Part shown: positions 31,450 to 41,269 of the stretch, one piece after another
Layout: the number at the start of each line of letters is the position of its first letter
Numbering within the stretch: position 1 is the stretch's first letter
Source: Candidatus Moraniibacteriota bacterium
GTDB taxonomy: Bacteria > Patescibacteriota > Minisyncoccia > Moranbacterales > UBA1568
Length of the DNA stretch: 64,000 nt
Direction of reading: 5' to 3'
NCBI GenBank assembly: GCA_052035095.1
Contig: JBPOHW010000007.1
Location: 65,705-129,704 of the forward strand
Translations under genes and position numbers: made by a program
The notes under the pieces: generated by a model
Told to the model about the DNA's origin: nothing
Database searches by the model: none
What the model saw: only the letters and a program-made list of their open reading frames with translations

Positions 31450-31800
31450 ATGTCCCTCGATCCAAGCATCCTTGCTGAACTCAAAGACACGCTTCTCGCT
31501 GAAAAAAAGCGCCTCGAAGACGCGCTCTCGAAATTTGCCACCAAGACCGACGTGCCGGGCGAATATGAGACGCGCATGGAAGAAATCGGCACCGACATGG
31601 AGGACAACGTCACCGAAGTCGAAGGCTATGTCGACAACCTCGCTGTCGAGGCAAATCTCGAACACGAACTCCGCGACGTACTCGACGCGCTCGAGAAAAT
31701 GGACGCCGGCACCTACGGAATCTGCGAAAAAACCGGCACAGAAATCGCTCTTGACCGTTTACGTGCTTATCCTGCCGCTCGCACCGCGATTAGCAAGTAG
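31450..31800 (+). CDS. TraR/DksA family protein (zinc finger degenerate)
   Basis: Coiled coil, then AL.KM..GTYGICE..G.EI...RL.A.P.A. Confidence 0.85.
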   Translation: MSLDPSILAELKDTLLAEKKRLEDALSKFATKTDVPGEYETRMEEIGTDMEDNVTEVEGYVDNLAVEANLEHELRDVLDALEKMDAGTYGICEKTGTEIALDRLRAYPAARTAISK

Positions 31801-31803
31801 TCT

Positions 31804-32220
31804 ATGTCTCTCCGAAACAAGGCTTGGCGTATTTTTCTCGCAAGCCTTGTTTTTTTTATTCTCTGCCGCATTTCACATCAATTCCTCGGAAAGCCCATCG
31901 TTTGCAATACCGGTATCGGTCTTGGCATTGAAATTCCACCGGTACTTCTCGTTGCCATCATTGCTTTGACGCTGACACTCGCTCTTTTTCTCTTTCGAAA
32001 CATTCTCCGCAATACCGAAAGCCTCACCCTGGCCATACTCCTTGGCGGATCACTTTTCTTCGGTGGCGCCCTCTCCAATATCGTCGATCGCCTCCATATG
32101 GGTTGCGTTCCCGACTTTTTTCCTATAGGCTGGTTTCCAGCCTTCAATGTCGCGGATATCGGAGTAAATTTTGGTGCATTTCTTCTCTTTGTTTCAATCG
32201 TTTATAAAAAAGATACGTAG
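31804..32220 (+). CDS. lspA: Lipoprotein signal peptidase II
   Basis: N.G, GGALSNIVDRL, V.DF, FNVAD. Confidence 0.88.
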   Translation: MSLRNKAWRIFLASLVFFILCRISHQFLGKPIVCNTGIGLGIEIPPVLLVAIIALTLTLALFLFRNILRNTESLTLAILLGGSLFFGGALSNIVDRLHMGCVPDFFPIGWFPAFNVADIGVNFGAFLLFVSIVYKKDT

Positions 32221-32235
32221 AACGAAGGGTTCTCA

Positions 32236-32374
32236 AAGCACCAAATTCAAAATTTCAAGCTCCAAATAAGCATCAAATCACAAAAAAACAAATGGGAAAT
32301 TTTTTATTTTGTCTGGTTTTTAATGTTAGAATTTGAAATTTATTTGGAACTTGAAATTTTGAATTTGAAATTTT
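32236..32374. repeat. Dispersed hairpin element, copy 1
   Basis: caaattcaaaatttcaagctccaaataa ... ttatttggaacttgaaattttgaatttg; near-identical to 35021-35152. Confidence 0.85.
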
Positions 32375-32450
32375 CTTTTGACACGGCTCTCAACTCATTC
32401 TCCGTTCTCCTGTTTTCCTGTCAACTGTCAATTGTTAACTGTTCGCCAGT

Positions 32451-33977
32451 ATGCCTGCCAAACTGTTTTCCGCCGCGACTCTGGGACTCGAGAGCGAACT
32501 CGTCGAAGTCGAAGTGGATGCCTTCAATACCGGTATGCACCACTTCACCGTGGTGGGGCTTCCGGACACCACCATCAAGGAATCTCGCGATCGCGTCTCT
32601 TCCGCCATCAAAAATAGCGGTTTCCTCCCGCCACACCGCTTCGGCAGGATCACGGTGAATCTCGCCCCCGCCGATCTCCCCAAGAATACCCCAGTCTACG
32701 ACGTACCCATGGCCCTGGGATTTCTCTTGGCGACCGAACAGCTCTCTTTTGATTTCCGCGACAAGCTCTTCGTCGGCGAGCTCTCCTTGGACGGCAAAGT
32801 CCGTCCCATAAGCGGCGTCCTCCCGATCGCCCTCCTCGCCAAGCGCTTTGGCTTCGCCGAGCTCTATGTGCCCGAGAAAAACGCTGACGAAGCCTCCATG
32901 GTACAAGGCATCCGCATCGTTCCGATTACCTCACTCTTTGACACGGCGCAACACCTCGCAAACATTCGAAATATCGCCCCACATCCGGATATCGACATGG
33001 CGTCACTCTTCCGAGAAGAGTCCTTCCTCCTCGATATGAAAGACGTCCGCGGCCAAGAACACGCGAAGCGCGCCCTCGAAATCGCCGCCGCGGGCGGTCA
33101 CAATATCCTGATGAGCGGTCCCCCGGGAAGCGGCAAAACCGTCCTTGCCAAAACCCTCCCCTCAATCCTCCCCAAGCTCAATTTCGAAGAAAGCATAGAA
33201 ATCACCAAAATTTTCTCGATCGCCGGGTTCTTGACGCGCGGAAACACTCTCGTCACCACGCGCCCCTTCCGCTCGCCCCACCACAGCGCCTCGGCGGTTT
33301 CTTTGGTCGGCGGCGGTTCCTTCCCCAAGCCCGGCGAAATCAGCCTCGCCCACCGTGGAGTCCTCTTCCTCGATGAATTCGGTGAGTTCTCCAAAAGTGT
33401 CCTCGAAAACCTGCGGCAGCCCCTCGAAGACGGCCACATCACGGTCTCCCGCGCCAAGGGCTCCCTTCACTTCCCGGCACGCTTTATTCTTGTCGCCGCG
33501 ATGAATCCCTGCCCCTGCGGCAACTTGGGCGATCCCGAGCGCCTCTGCTCCTGCTCGCCCCGCGAAACCGCGCGCTACAAGACACGAATTTCCGGCCCCA
33601 TTATGGACCGGATCGACCTTCACATCGAAGTCCCGCACGTCCCCTTCGACAAACTCGAAGCCCCGGGCGACTCCGAAAAGAGCCTCGACATCCGCGCGCG
33701 CGTCGAGCGTGCTCGCGCTATTCAGCGCGCGCGTTTTGCCGGGAAAAACATCTTTACCAATGCCGAAATGAACTCCGCGCTCCTCCGCGAGCTCTGCCCC
33801 CTCGACCAAGCCGGCAAAGACCTCCTGCGCCAAGCTGTCTCCTCTATGCGCCTCTCCGCCCGCGCCTACTACCGCCTCATCAAACTCGCCCGCACCATCG
33901 CCGACCTCGAAGAGGGGGACTGCATCCTCCCCAAACACCTCGCCGAAGCCGTCCAGTACCGGTTCAAAACGGAGTAG
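32451..33977 (+). CDS. comM: ComM/YifB Mg-chelatase-like AAA+ ATPase
   Basis: VGLPD, TVNLAPADL, GPPGSGKT, RPFRSPHH, AHRGVLFLDE, AMNPCPCG, ARTIADL. Confidence 0.95.
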   Translation: MPAKLFSAATLGLESELVEVEVDAFNTGMHHFTVVGLPDTTIKESRDRVSSAIKNSGFLPPHRFGRITVNLAPADLPKNTPVYDVPMALGFLLATEQLSFDFRDKLFVGELSLDGKVRPISGVLPIALLAKRFGFAELYVPEKNADEASMVQGIRIVPITSLFDTAQHLANIRNIAPHPDIDMASLFREESFLLDMKDVRGQEHAKRALEIAAAGGHNILMSGPPGSGKTVLAKTLPSILPKLNFEESIEITKIFSIAGFLTRGNTLVTTRPFRSPHHSASAVSLVGGGSFPKPGEISLAHRGVLFLDEFGEFSKSVLENLRQPLEDGHITVSRAKGSLHFPARFILVAAMNPCPCGNLGDPERLCSCSPRETARYKTRISGPIMDRIDLHIEVPHVPFDKLEAPGDSEKSLDIRARVERARAIQRARFAGKNIFTNAEMNSALLRELCPLDQAGKDLLRQAVSSMRLSARAYYRLIKLARTIADLEEGDCILPKHLAEAVQYRFKTE

Positions 33978-34019
33978 GGAAACAAGCATCTATCAAGAGC
34001 CACTGTCAAAACATCATCA

Positions 34020-35015
34020 TTGACGTCACTCTCATTTCCAAGGCACAATGAGTGGGTGGCGAACATTTTTTCCAAAAGAGTGGTGCGGGTTTCATTCGGC
34101 GCCGTCGGGGTCGGCGGGGCTCTCTTTTTCTTGTTTCCCGAGGAGAAAGCCGCAAAGACCGCGCCCGCGCCGCAAGACTTTCCGGTTCATGTTGCCGTTC
34201 AAGGCTTGTCCCTGCCGGAAAAAGCAAAGCGCGGCGAAACGGTGGAGGCTTTCCTCAAACGAGTCGGTGTCTCTTTCGGTGAACATGACCTCTTGTCGCC
34301 ATCCAGAGAAACGCTCCTCGCACCCAACGCGCGTATCATGCTTTCTCCTGCCAAAAAATATTCCATAAAAACCAAAGAAGGGAAGAAAGAAGGGGAAACG
34401 ACACTCCGCACCATAGGGCAACTCCTCGACGAAGAGGGGATATCCGTCGGGAAGCACGATCTCGTCACGCCGGAGCCGGAGAAAGCTTTAACTGACGGCG
34501 TCAAAATATCCATCATCGCGGTGGACATCAGGGAAGACGTCACGAAAAAGCCCATTCCTTTTGAAACGAAAGAAACCGAAGATCCGAAGCTCTCGTGGCG
34601 CAAACGCGTGGTAACTCAAAAAGGCGAGAAGGGAAGCAGAGAATTTACCTATGAGGTTATTTCGCATGACGGGAAAATCATCAAAAAAACCCTCCAAAAA
34701 AGCGTCGTCGTGAAAGAACCCATCACGGAAATCGTGACCCAAGGCACCAAGGTGGAAGTCGGCAAAAAACACACGGGGCTCGGCTCATGGTATCGCTTCA
34801 CCGGGACGCTCTCGGCGGCAAACCCCTGGCTCCCGATCGGAAGCCATGTCCGCGTCACCAATGAAGCAAACGGCAAATCCGTCATCGTCCGCATCAATGA
34901 CCGCGGCCCCTTTGGCCCCAATCGCATCATCGACCTCGACGCCGTCGCTTTCGAGAAAATCGCCAGTCTCGGCGCCGGCATCATCGAAGTCAAAATGGAA
35001 GAAATCACGAATTAG
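34020..35015 (+). CDS. DUF348 + G5 + RlpA-like (DPBB) cell-wall protein
   Basis: N-terminal TM, G5 (QKGEKG...VTQGTK), LPIGSHVRVTN...VRINDRGPF..RIIDL; start uncertain. Confidence 0.85.
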   Translation: MTSLSFPRHNEWVANIFSKRVVRVSFGAVGVGGALFFLFPEEKAAKTAPAPQDFPVHVAVQGLSLPEKAKRGETVEAFLKRVGVSFGEHDLLSPSRETLLAPNARIMLSPAKKYSIKTKEGKKEGETTLRTIGQLLDEEGISVGKHDLVTPEPEKALTDGVKISIIAVDIREDVTKKPIPFETKETEDPKLSWRKRVVTQKGEKGSREFTYEVISHDGKIIKKTLQKSVVVKEPITEIVTQGTKVEVGKKHTGLGSWYRFTGTLSAANPWLPIGSHVRVTNEANGKSVIVRINDRGPFGPNRIIDLDAVAFEKIASLGAGIIEVKMEEITN

Positions 35016-35020
35016 AAGAG

Positions 35021-35152
35021 AAGCACCAAATTCAAAATTACAAGCTCCAAATAAGCACCAAATCACAAAAAACAAATGGGAAATGTTTTGCTTGAGTTTG
35101 AATATTGAAATTTGAGATTTATTTGGAACTTGTAATTTTGAATTTGGAATTT
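35021..35152. repeat. Dispersed hairpin element, copy 2
   Basis: caaattcaaaattacaagctccaaataa ... ttatttggaacttgtaattttgaatttg. Confidence 0.85.
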
Positions 35153-35162
35153 TTTCTTTCAT

Positions 35163-36005
35163 ATGTTTCCAAAAAAATCCTTCAGTCAAAACTTTCTCCG
35201 CGACGAATCCGTCATAGAGCGCATTGCCCGAGAGGGAAGCGCGGATTCTTTTGACTGGATCGTGGAAATCGGCGCCGGAGAAGGCGTGCTCACGGAAAAG
35301 CTCGCCAAGAGAGCAAAAAACGTCATCGCGCTCGAATTCGACCGCGACCTCATCCCGGGACTTCTCAAAAAATTTCCGCTCTCCTCCAATGTATCCATCA
35401 TAGAAACCGATATCCTCCGCACCGATATTCCAAAACTACTTGCACAAAAAGGGTTTCAGCTCCAATCAAAGGAATCAAGAAAATCAAGCGAATCAAGGTC
35501 GGAATCGTGGTCGGTGTTTGGCAACATCCCCTACGCCATCACCGGAAAAATCATCCGCCTCCTCGTCGCGCTCGACCCCGCGCCCGATGCAATTATTCTC
35601 ATGGTCCAAAAGGAAGTCGCCGAGCGTATCGTCGGGAAAGACGGAAAGCAGAGCCTCCTCTCCCTCGCGGTCGCGCTCTTTGGCACTTCGGAAATACTTT
35701 TCTCCGTTTCCAAAGACGCCTTTTTCCCCGCACCGCAGGTTGAAAGCGCCATCATCCGTATCACGCCCGATAAAAATAGGCTTCCAAATGAAGAACGAGA
35801 ACGAATTCTTCGTCTCGCCAAAATCGGCTTTGCTTCCAAGCGCAAAACCCTCGCCAATAACTTTGCCGCCCACCGAGAATATTCGAAAGAGGCGATTGAA
35901 ACTTTCCTCGCGCGCATCGGAAAAAACAAAAACGCCCGCGCGGAAGAGTTGTCACCGAAAGAATGGATACAATTCTTCTCGTTAAAATCCGCGAAACGAC
36001 TGTAG
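35163..36005 (+). CDS. rsmA: 16S rRNA dimethyladenosine transferase
   Basis: KKSFSQNFL, EIGAGEG, GNIPYAIT, MVQKEVAER, F.P.P.VES, RAEELS. Confidence 0.95.
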   Translation: MFPKKSFSQNFLRDESVIERIAREGSADSFDWIVEIGAGEGVLTEKLAKRAKNVIALEFDRDLIPGLLKKFPLSSNVSIIETDILRTDIPKLLAQKGFQLQSKESRKSSESRSESWSVFGNIPYAITGKIIRLLVALDPAPDAIILMVQKEVAERIVGKDGKQSLLSLAVALFGTSEILFSVSKDAFFPAPQVESAIIRITPDKNRLPNEERERILRLAKIGFASKRKTLANNFAAHREYSKEAIETFLARIGKNKNARAEELSPKEWIQFFSLKSAKRL

Positions 36006-36030
36006 AGACGCAAAATTTTGCGTCTCTACA
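36001..36030. repeat. GTAG-type REP palindrome overlapping the rsmA stop
   Basis: Perfect 30-nt palindrome tgtagagacgcaaaattttgcgtctctaca. Confidence 0.85.
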
Positions 36031-36043
36031 CACTGGCACATGC

Positions 36044-37672
36044 CTACAAAAGTACTCCTACCGCCCAGAAACCATAAGCGCTCGCCAATCCCAATATCCA
36101 CCACAACACCGACCGGTAGGTAAGCCTGCCGGTTTTTGCTTGCATCAGAGAGACTGCCCAGAAAGACGCGCCCCCAAAAAGCAGCGCCGGAACAAAAAGT
36201 GCCGGCGCGCGAAACACGAAGACGCTCGCGAGATAAGAAAAAAATATTCCGGCGCCAATCGCGAGCTTGGCGCGTTCGACGCCAAGAACAACCGGCAATG
36301 TCCACACGCCATCTTTCGCGTCGCCTTCGATATCCTTGAAGTCCTTAAGCGGAATCGAGACTGCGTACGCAAAAAGAAACAGGAAGACGAGCGATACCGG
36401 GAGTGTCGTAAGCGTCCCATCAGGAGAGAGTGTCGTAAATCCGAGAAACACAATCAAGACACTCGCGACAGCGCTCACGCAGGAAGCAACAACCGGAAAG
36501 CGTTTGAGACGAAAGGGTGGCGACGAATATCCCCACGCAATTGCCTGATAGAGGAGGAGGAACAGCGCCCCTTTCATAGAGACCAGCGCCGCGAAAAGAA
36601 GGGAGGTCGCGAAAAATCCCGCGCCAATTGCCGCAAACATCGAACGAGCAATCGCGCCCGACGGAAGCGGTCGCGCCGGATTTGTCTCGCAATCGATAGC
36701 GGTATCAAAACAATCATTCGGCACGACCGACGCAAGCCACGCCGACACGACCGCGACGACCAAGAGTGCAATCGCCAGTATGTCAAAAAGACCAAAAGAA
36801 AGCTTCGGGTGGGAGAAAATCACCGCAAGCCCCATACCGACAAAGAGGAGTCCCGCGTGATACACCGCCTGCGGCAAGCGCGCGTTCCGGAAGAGCGCGA
36901 GAAACACCGTTCGATGACGCCACAAAAGCCATATTCCCAGCACGCAAGGAAGTAACGTCGCGTACACGAGACTCATTTTGACATTCAAAAGAGAGCGCGG
37001 ATCCACGAGGTCGCGAGAAAAGAACGAGAGCGGCGACAGAAACACTCCCGCCACATCCGGAGCGCGAAGCATCCACCGCCCATCGGAAATCCCGAGAACC
37101 ACCATTGCCGCCCACGAAGGGAACGTGCCGAGGAAAAAAAGCAGTGTATACGAGGAAAGCCCGGCACAAAAGGCGCGAAGGTATTGTTTTGTTTTCAAAA
37201 AAACATAATAGCCGAAAAAAATCGTGACGAGCGCCACCTCGACCCGCACGCCATAGGTAATTCCCATATCCGGTCGATCGCCAAAAAACGTGAAGTACCG
37301 AGAGACGAGCCCAAAAAACCCGTCAAAAATATAGAAACTCCACAATCCCTTCCCATCCGACACGAGAAAATCAATAACGGGCGGCAAAAGAATGACCAAA
37401 AATCCGAAAAGAAGCATATTCGACGCGACCGAGAGCGACACGCGCGCGAAATATTGAAAGAGAGGCAAAAAGAGCAGAAACGAGAGGAGAAAAAAGAGAA
37501 AATTATGCGTAAATTCGTACCAGAGAAACAGCGCCGGTCGAGACTCAAACCCAAAGAGCCACGACTCCACCAAAAGCCGCGAAAGAATCAGGCACAGAAA
37601 CGCCACCATCCACAAGCCAAGGCTCGTTTTTGAAGTTTCAATCGAAAAAAGAATACGGCGAAGAATGTTCAT
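36044..37672 (-). CDS. UbiA-family prenyltransferase with an extra N-terminal membrane domain
   Basis: NDCFD..ID..TNP.RPLPSG, YS.PPFRLK, KDFKDIEGD...GV.TLPV. Confidence 0.82.
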   Translation of the reverse strand: MNILRRILFSIETSKTSLGLWMVAFLCLILSRLLVESWLFGFESRPALFLWYEFTHNFLFFLLSFLLFLPLFQYFARVSLSVASNMLLFGFLVILLPPVIDFLVSDGKGLWSFYIFDGFFGLVSRYFTFFGDRPDMGITYGVRVEVALVTIFFGYYVFLKTKQYLRAFCAGLSSYTLLFFLGTFPSWAAMVVLGISDGRWMLRAPDVAGVFLSPLSFFSRDLVDPRSLLNVKMSLVYATLLPCVLGIWLLWRHRTVFLALFRNARLPQAVYHAGLLFVGMGLAVIFSHPKLSFGLFDILAIALLVVAVVSAWLASVVPNDCFDTAIDCETNPARPLPSGAIARSMFAAIGAGFFATSLLFAALVSMKGALFLLLYQAIAWGYSSPPFRLKRFPVVASCVSAVASVLIVFLGFTTLSPDGTLTTLPVSLVFLFLFAYAVSIPLKDFKDIEGDAKDGVWTLPVVLGVERAKLAIGAGIFFSYLASVFVFRAPALFVPALLFGGASFWAVSLMQAKTGRLTYRSVLWWILGLASAYGFWAVGVLL

Positions 37673-37736
37673 ACGAAAAGCATAGCAAACTCAACAGCCC
37701 TCGCGCAATTTTTGGCAATCATATAGAGTAGGGTGT

Positions 37737-39974
37737 ATGAGTAGCCTTGATACAAACCTCAATCCCGAACAACGGCGCGCGGTCGAAACCGTCGAGGGTC
37801 CGGTCCTCATCGTCGCGGGCGCCGGAAGCGGGAAGACCAAAACTCTGACCCACCGCGTCGCCTACCTTATGCAAAAAAAAGGGATTCGCGCGAGAAACAT
37901 CCTCGCCGTCACCTTCACTAACAAAGCCGCCGAGGAGATGCGGACAAGGGTGATGACACTCTTGTCCGCAGTCAGTAGTCAGCAGTCAGCAATGAGTAAA
38001 ACGCTCACTCCTTACTCCTCACTACCAACTACTTTGCCGCATATCGGCACCTTTCATAGCATTTGCGCGCGAATTCTCCGCAAAGACATCGCCGCCTTGG
38101 GATACAAGCCCACCTTTACCATTCTCGACAGCGACGATCAGCTCTCTCTCATGAAGCGCGTGATGAAATCGCTCGAAATTGATCCCAAAAACATTCATCC
38201 GCGCGCGCTCCTCGACACCGTTTCCCGCGCCAAAAACCAACTCGTCGACGAGCTCGTCTTCGAATCCCAAGCGGGGAGTCACTTCGAAGAGTTGGTCGCC
38301 AAAGCCTACCGGCGTTACCAAGAAGAGCTCCGCGGCAATCACGCGCTCGACTTCGACGATCTCCTGGGACTGACCATCCGCCTCTTCCGTGAATATCCCG
38401 AGACACTGGAGCGCTACCGCGCGCTCTTTCGCTATATTTTGGTCGACGAATATCAAGATACCAACCATTCACAGTATACGCTCATTCACCTCCTCGCCGA
38501 ACGCCATCGGAACCTCTTCGCGATCGGCGACGACTATCAGTCCATCTATGGCTGGCGTCAGGCGGATATCCGCAATATCTTGAACTTCGAAAAGGACTAC
38601 CCCGAAGCGACCATCGTCACGCTCGACCAAAACTATCGCTCAACCCAAGTCATTCTCGACGCCGCCGGCACCGTCATCGCCCAAAACCCCAACCAACGCC
38701 ACAAAAAACTCTGGACCGCGAAAACAGGTGGCGAACTCCTCACGGTTTTTGAGGCGGAGGACGAGCAAGAAGAGTCCGAATACGTCGTCCGCACCATTCA
38801 ATCATTCGCCGCAAAGAAACAGCGACGCTTTTCGGATTTCGCCGTGCTCTACCGCACCAATGCCCAGTCCCGCGCGCTCGAAGAAACCTGCCTCAAACAT
38901 TCTCTCCCCTACAAAATCGTCGGCGGCCTCAAATTTTACCAACGCAAAGAAATCAAAGACGCCGTTTCCTACCTGCGCCTCGTCGCCAATAATTGGGATA
39001 CCCTCTCTCTCGCCCGAATCGTGAACGAGCCGTCACGCGGCATCGGCAAAAAAAGTCTTGTTTCGTGGCTTGATACGGCGAAAACCGCGCAAACCGACCC
39101 GATTGCACTCGCGCGCGAAGATGACGGGAAACGGCTCGCCCTCGCCCCAAGCAAGCAAAAGTCCGCTGCGCGCTTCGCTAAAACCATATGTGAATACACA
39201 CAAAAACTTCCCCAAGAAGGCGTCCTCTCCTCATTTCTCCGCGAACTCTTGGAAACCGTCGGGTATCTGAAATCACTCGACGACGGCACCGATGAAGGGA
39301 AAATCCGCCTCGAAAATGTGCAAGAGCTCTTTTCCGTCACCAAAAAATATGACACCATCTCGCTCGAACACGCGACGACGCTCTTTCTCGAAGAGATTTC
39401 CCTCGTTTCGGACACGGACGCGCTCGACGAGCAAGCGAATGTCGTCCACCTAATGACGCTCCACAGCGCCAAGGGCCTCGAATTTCCCTTCGTCTTCATC
39501 GTGGGACTCGAAGAGGGCATCTTCCCGCATTCGAGAAGCGCGCTCTCGCCCGCCGAGCTCGAAGAAGAACGCCGCCTGATGTATGTGGGGCTCACTCGCG
39601 CCAAAGAAAAAGCATGGCTCGTCTCGGCGGAAACCCGTATGATATTCGGTTCGACGCAAATGAATGCCCCCTCGCGCTTCATTTCCGAAATCCCCGAACA
39701 CCTTGTGGAATACGAAGAATGGAAAAAGGGCAGAGAAAACAGCGAATTTTCCGATAGCTCATTAAACCGATCCACTTCTTCCAAAAAACAATCTTCCTTC
39801 GAAACCCGCAAAAAAGCGAAGTCTGACACCCTCCGCCCGGGCGATTCCGTCGCGCACCCCACTTTTGGAAACGGCGTCGTCATCAAAATCGAAGGCACCC
39901 TCGCAACAATAGCCTTCCGCACCAAGGGCATCAAAAAACTCGCCTTGGGGATCGCACCACTTGAAAGAACATAA
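37737..39974 (+). CDS. pcrA: ATP-dependent DNA helicase PcrA/UvrD
   Basis: AGAGSGKT, VDEYQDTN, GDDYQSIYGWR, NYRST, LYRTNAQSR, TLHSAKGLEF, EERRL.YVG. Confidence 0.97.
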   Translation: MSSLDTNLNPEQRRAVETVEGPVLIVAGAGSGKTKTLTHRVAYLMQKKGIRARNILAVTFTNKAAEEMRTRVMTLLSAVSSQQSAMSKTLTPYSSLPTTLPHIGTFHSICARILRKDIAALGYKPTFTILDSDDQLSLMKRVMKSLEIDPKNIHPRALLDTVSRAKNQLVDELVFESQAGSHFEELVAKAYRRYQEELRGNHALDFDDLLGLTIRLFREYPETLERYRALFRYILVDEYQDTNHSQYTLIHLLAERHRNLFAIGDDYQSIYGWRQADIRNILNFEKDYPEATIVTLDQNYRSTQVILDAAGTVIAQNPNQRHKKLWTAKTGGELLTVFEAEDEQEESEYVVRTIQSFAAKKQRRFSDFAVLYRTNAQSRALEETCLKHSLPYKIVGGLKFYQRKEIKDAVSYLRLVANNWDTLSLARIVNEPSRGIGKKSLVSWLDTAKTAQTDPIALAREDDGKRLALAPSKQKSAARFAKTICEYTQKLPQEGVLSSFLRELLETVGYLKSLDDGTDEGKIRLENVQELFSVTKKYDTISLEHATTLFLEEISLVSDTDALDEQANVVHLMTLHSAKGLEFPFVFIVGLEEGIFPHSRSALSPAELEEERRLMYVGLTRAKEKAWLVSAETRMIFGSTQMNAPSRFISEIPEHLVEYEEWKKGRENSEFSDSSLNRSTSSKKQSSFETRKKAKSDTLRPGDSVAHPTFGNGVVIKIEGTLATIAFRTKGIKKLALGIAPLERT

Positions 39975-40017
39975 AATATGAAAAGGAGAATATGGAACGG
40001 GAAGCATTTCCAATTCT

Positions 40018-40953
40018 TCATTCCGCATTCTCCATTCCTCTGCCCTTCCCATGAAATTTCTCATGCACTTCGCGAAGTCCTTCGTCGGTTACGTGGGTGT
40101 AAATCTGCGTCGTCGTGATGGATGAGTGCCCGAGGAGCGCCTGGACGCTTCGAATATCGGCGCCGTTTCGCAAGAGATCGGTCGCGAAGCTATGCCGGAG
40201 TGTATGCGGATGAACCGACTTCATAATGCCGGCTTTGGTCGCGAGACGCGCCACAATGCGTTCGACCGTCCTTACCGTGATACGGAGATCATCGCGCGCT
40301 GTTTTCCGGGTGAAACCCTTGGTCGTTGAAACAAAAAGTGCCGGGTCGATGTCTTTCCTCACCTCGAGATACGAAGAAATCACCGCGCGCGCCCGATCAG
40401 AAACAAAAACCATTCGTACCTTGCCGCCCTTGCCGCGCACACTAAACTCGCCGGTTTCGAGATTGACCGACTCCCGATCGAGACCAACCAATTCCGAAAC
40501 GCGAAGTCCCGATGAAAAAAGGAGTTCGAGGAGCGCGCGATCCCGACAAGCAACTTCGCTTTTCCCTTCCGCCACGGCAAAAAGCCGCTCCAATTCTTCC
40601 GGTTCCAAAAAATCCACCTGCCGCTCAGGCACCTTTGCCATTTCGATTCGCTCCGGCTCCGCCGAGGCGATTCCCTCTTTCGCGAGGTAGCGCAGGAACC
40701 CCCGAAGGACGATGCCGTGATAATTTTGGGTGATTTTCTTGAGTTCACCGCCTCGGACAGTTTGTTTCCGATTCAAAAAAATCCGATATTTTCGAATCAT
40801 GTCAAGGGTAATGTCTTTCGGGTCTTGAATTTTCCCGAAACGGAAGAAATCGCGGAGCACCCGGTCATAACTCTCGACCGTTTTGGGTGAACGACCCCGT
40901 TCTATCTCCACATATTCGAGAAATTTCATCAGACAAGCGGCGATGGTCGGCAT
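40018..40953 (-). CDS. XerC/XerD-type tyrosine recombinase
   Basis: RDRALLELLFSSGLRVSEL, GKGGK.R, HPHTLRHSFAT, LLGHSSITTTQIYTHV. Confidence 0.92.
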   Translation of the reverse strand: MPTIAACLMKFLEYVEIERGRSPKTVESYDRVLRDFFRFGKIQDPKDITLDMIRKYRIFLNRKQTVRGGELKKITQNYHGIVLRGFLRYLAKEGIASAEPERIEMAKVPERQVDFLEPEELERLFAVAEGKSEVACRDRALLELLFSSGLRVSELVGLDRESVNLETGEFSVRGKGGKVRMVFVSDRARAVISSYLEVRKDIDPALFVSTTKGFTRKTARDDLRITVRTVERIVARLATKAGIMKSVHPHTLRHSFATDLLRNGADIRSVQALLGHSSITTTQIYTHVTDEGLREVHEKFHGKGRGMENAE

Positions 40954-41269
40954 ACGAAGAAAAAGAAAAAACAACCGTCACTCCGTGAGTATACCACAGT
41001 TTTAGCCTCTCAGAGAAGCCTCAAGAAAACCAAATTTGACAAAAAGAGCCAAAAAATTATTGACAAGAAACTCCGGCTTCCCTATACTCAACCTTGCGTA
41101 AAAATCTTCAGTTTCGTCCTCGATGACCCGTCCGTTTCTTTGAGACCGGTCTAGACGACGAAGCCATTGAAAGGACCAGCGTATCTCAACGCGCATTCTC
41201 GGGGGGCTATTTTGTTTTTTCCGACGAGCCAAAACACTCGCGAGAAAAAGCAACACTACGATTCACCGA

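Noticed and set aside
40018-40953. Prophage or ICE integrase for the T4SS cluster
   Set aside because: XerC/D-type length and motifs, flanked by core genes, no att repeats or phage genes
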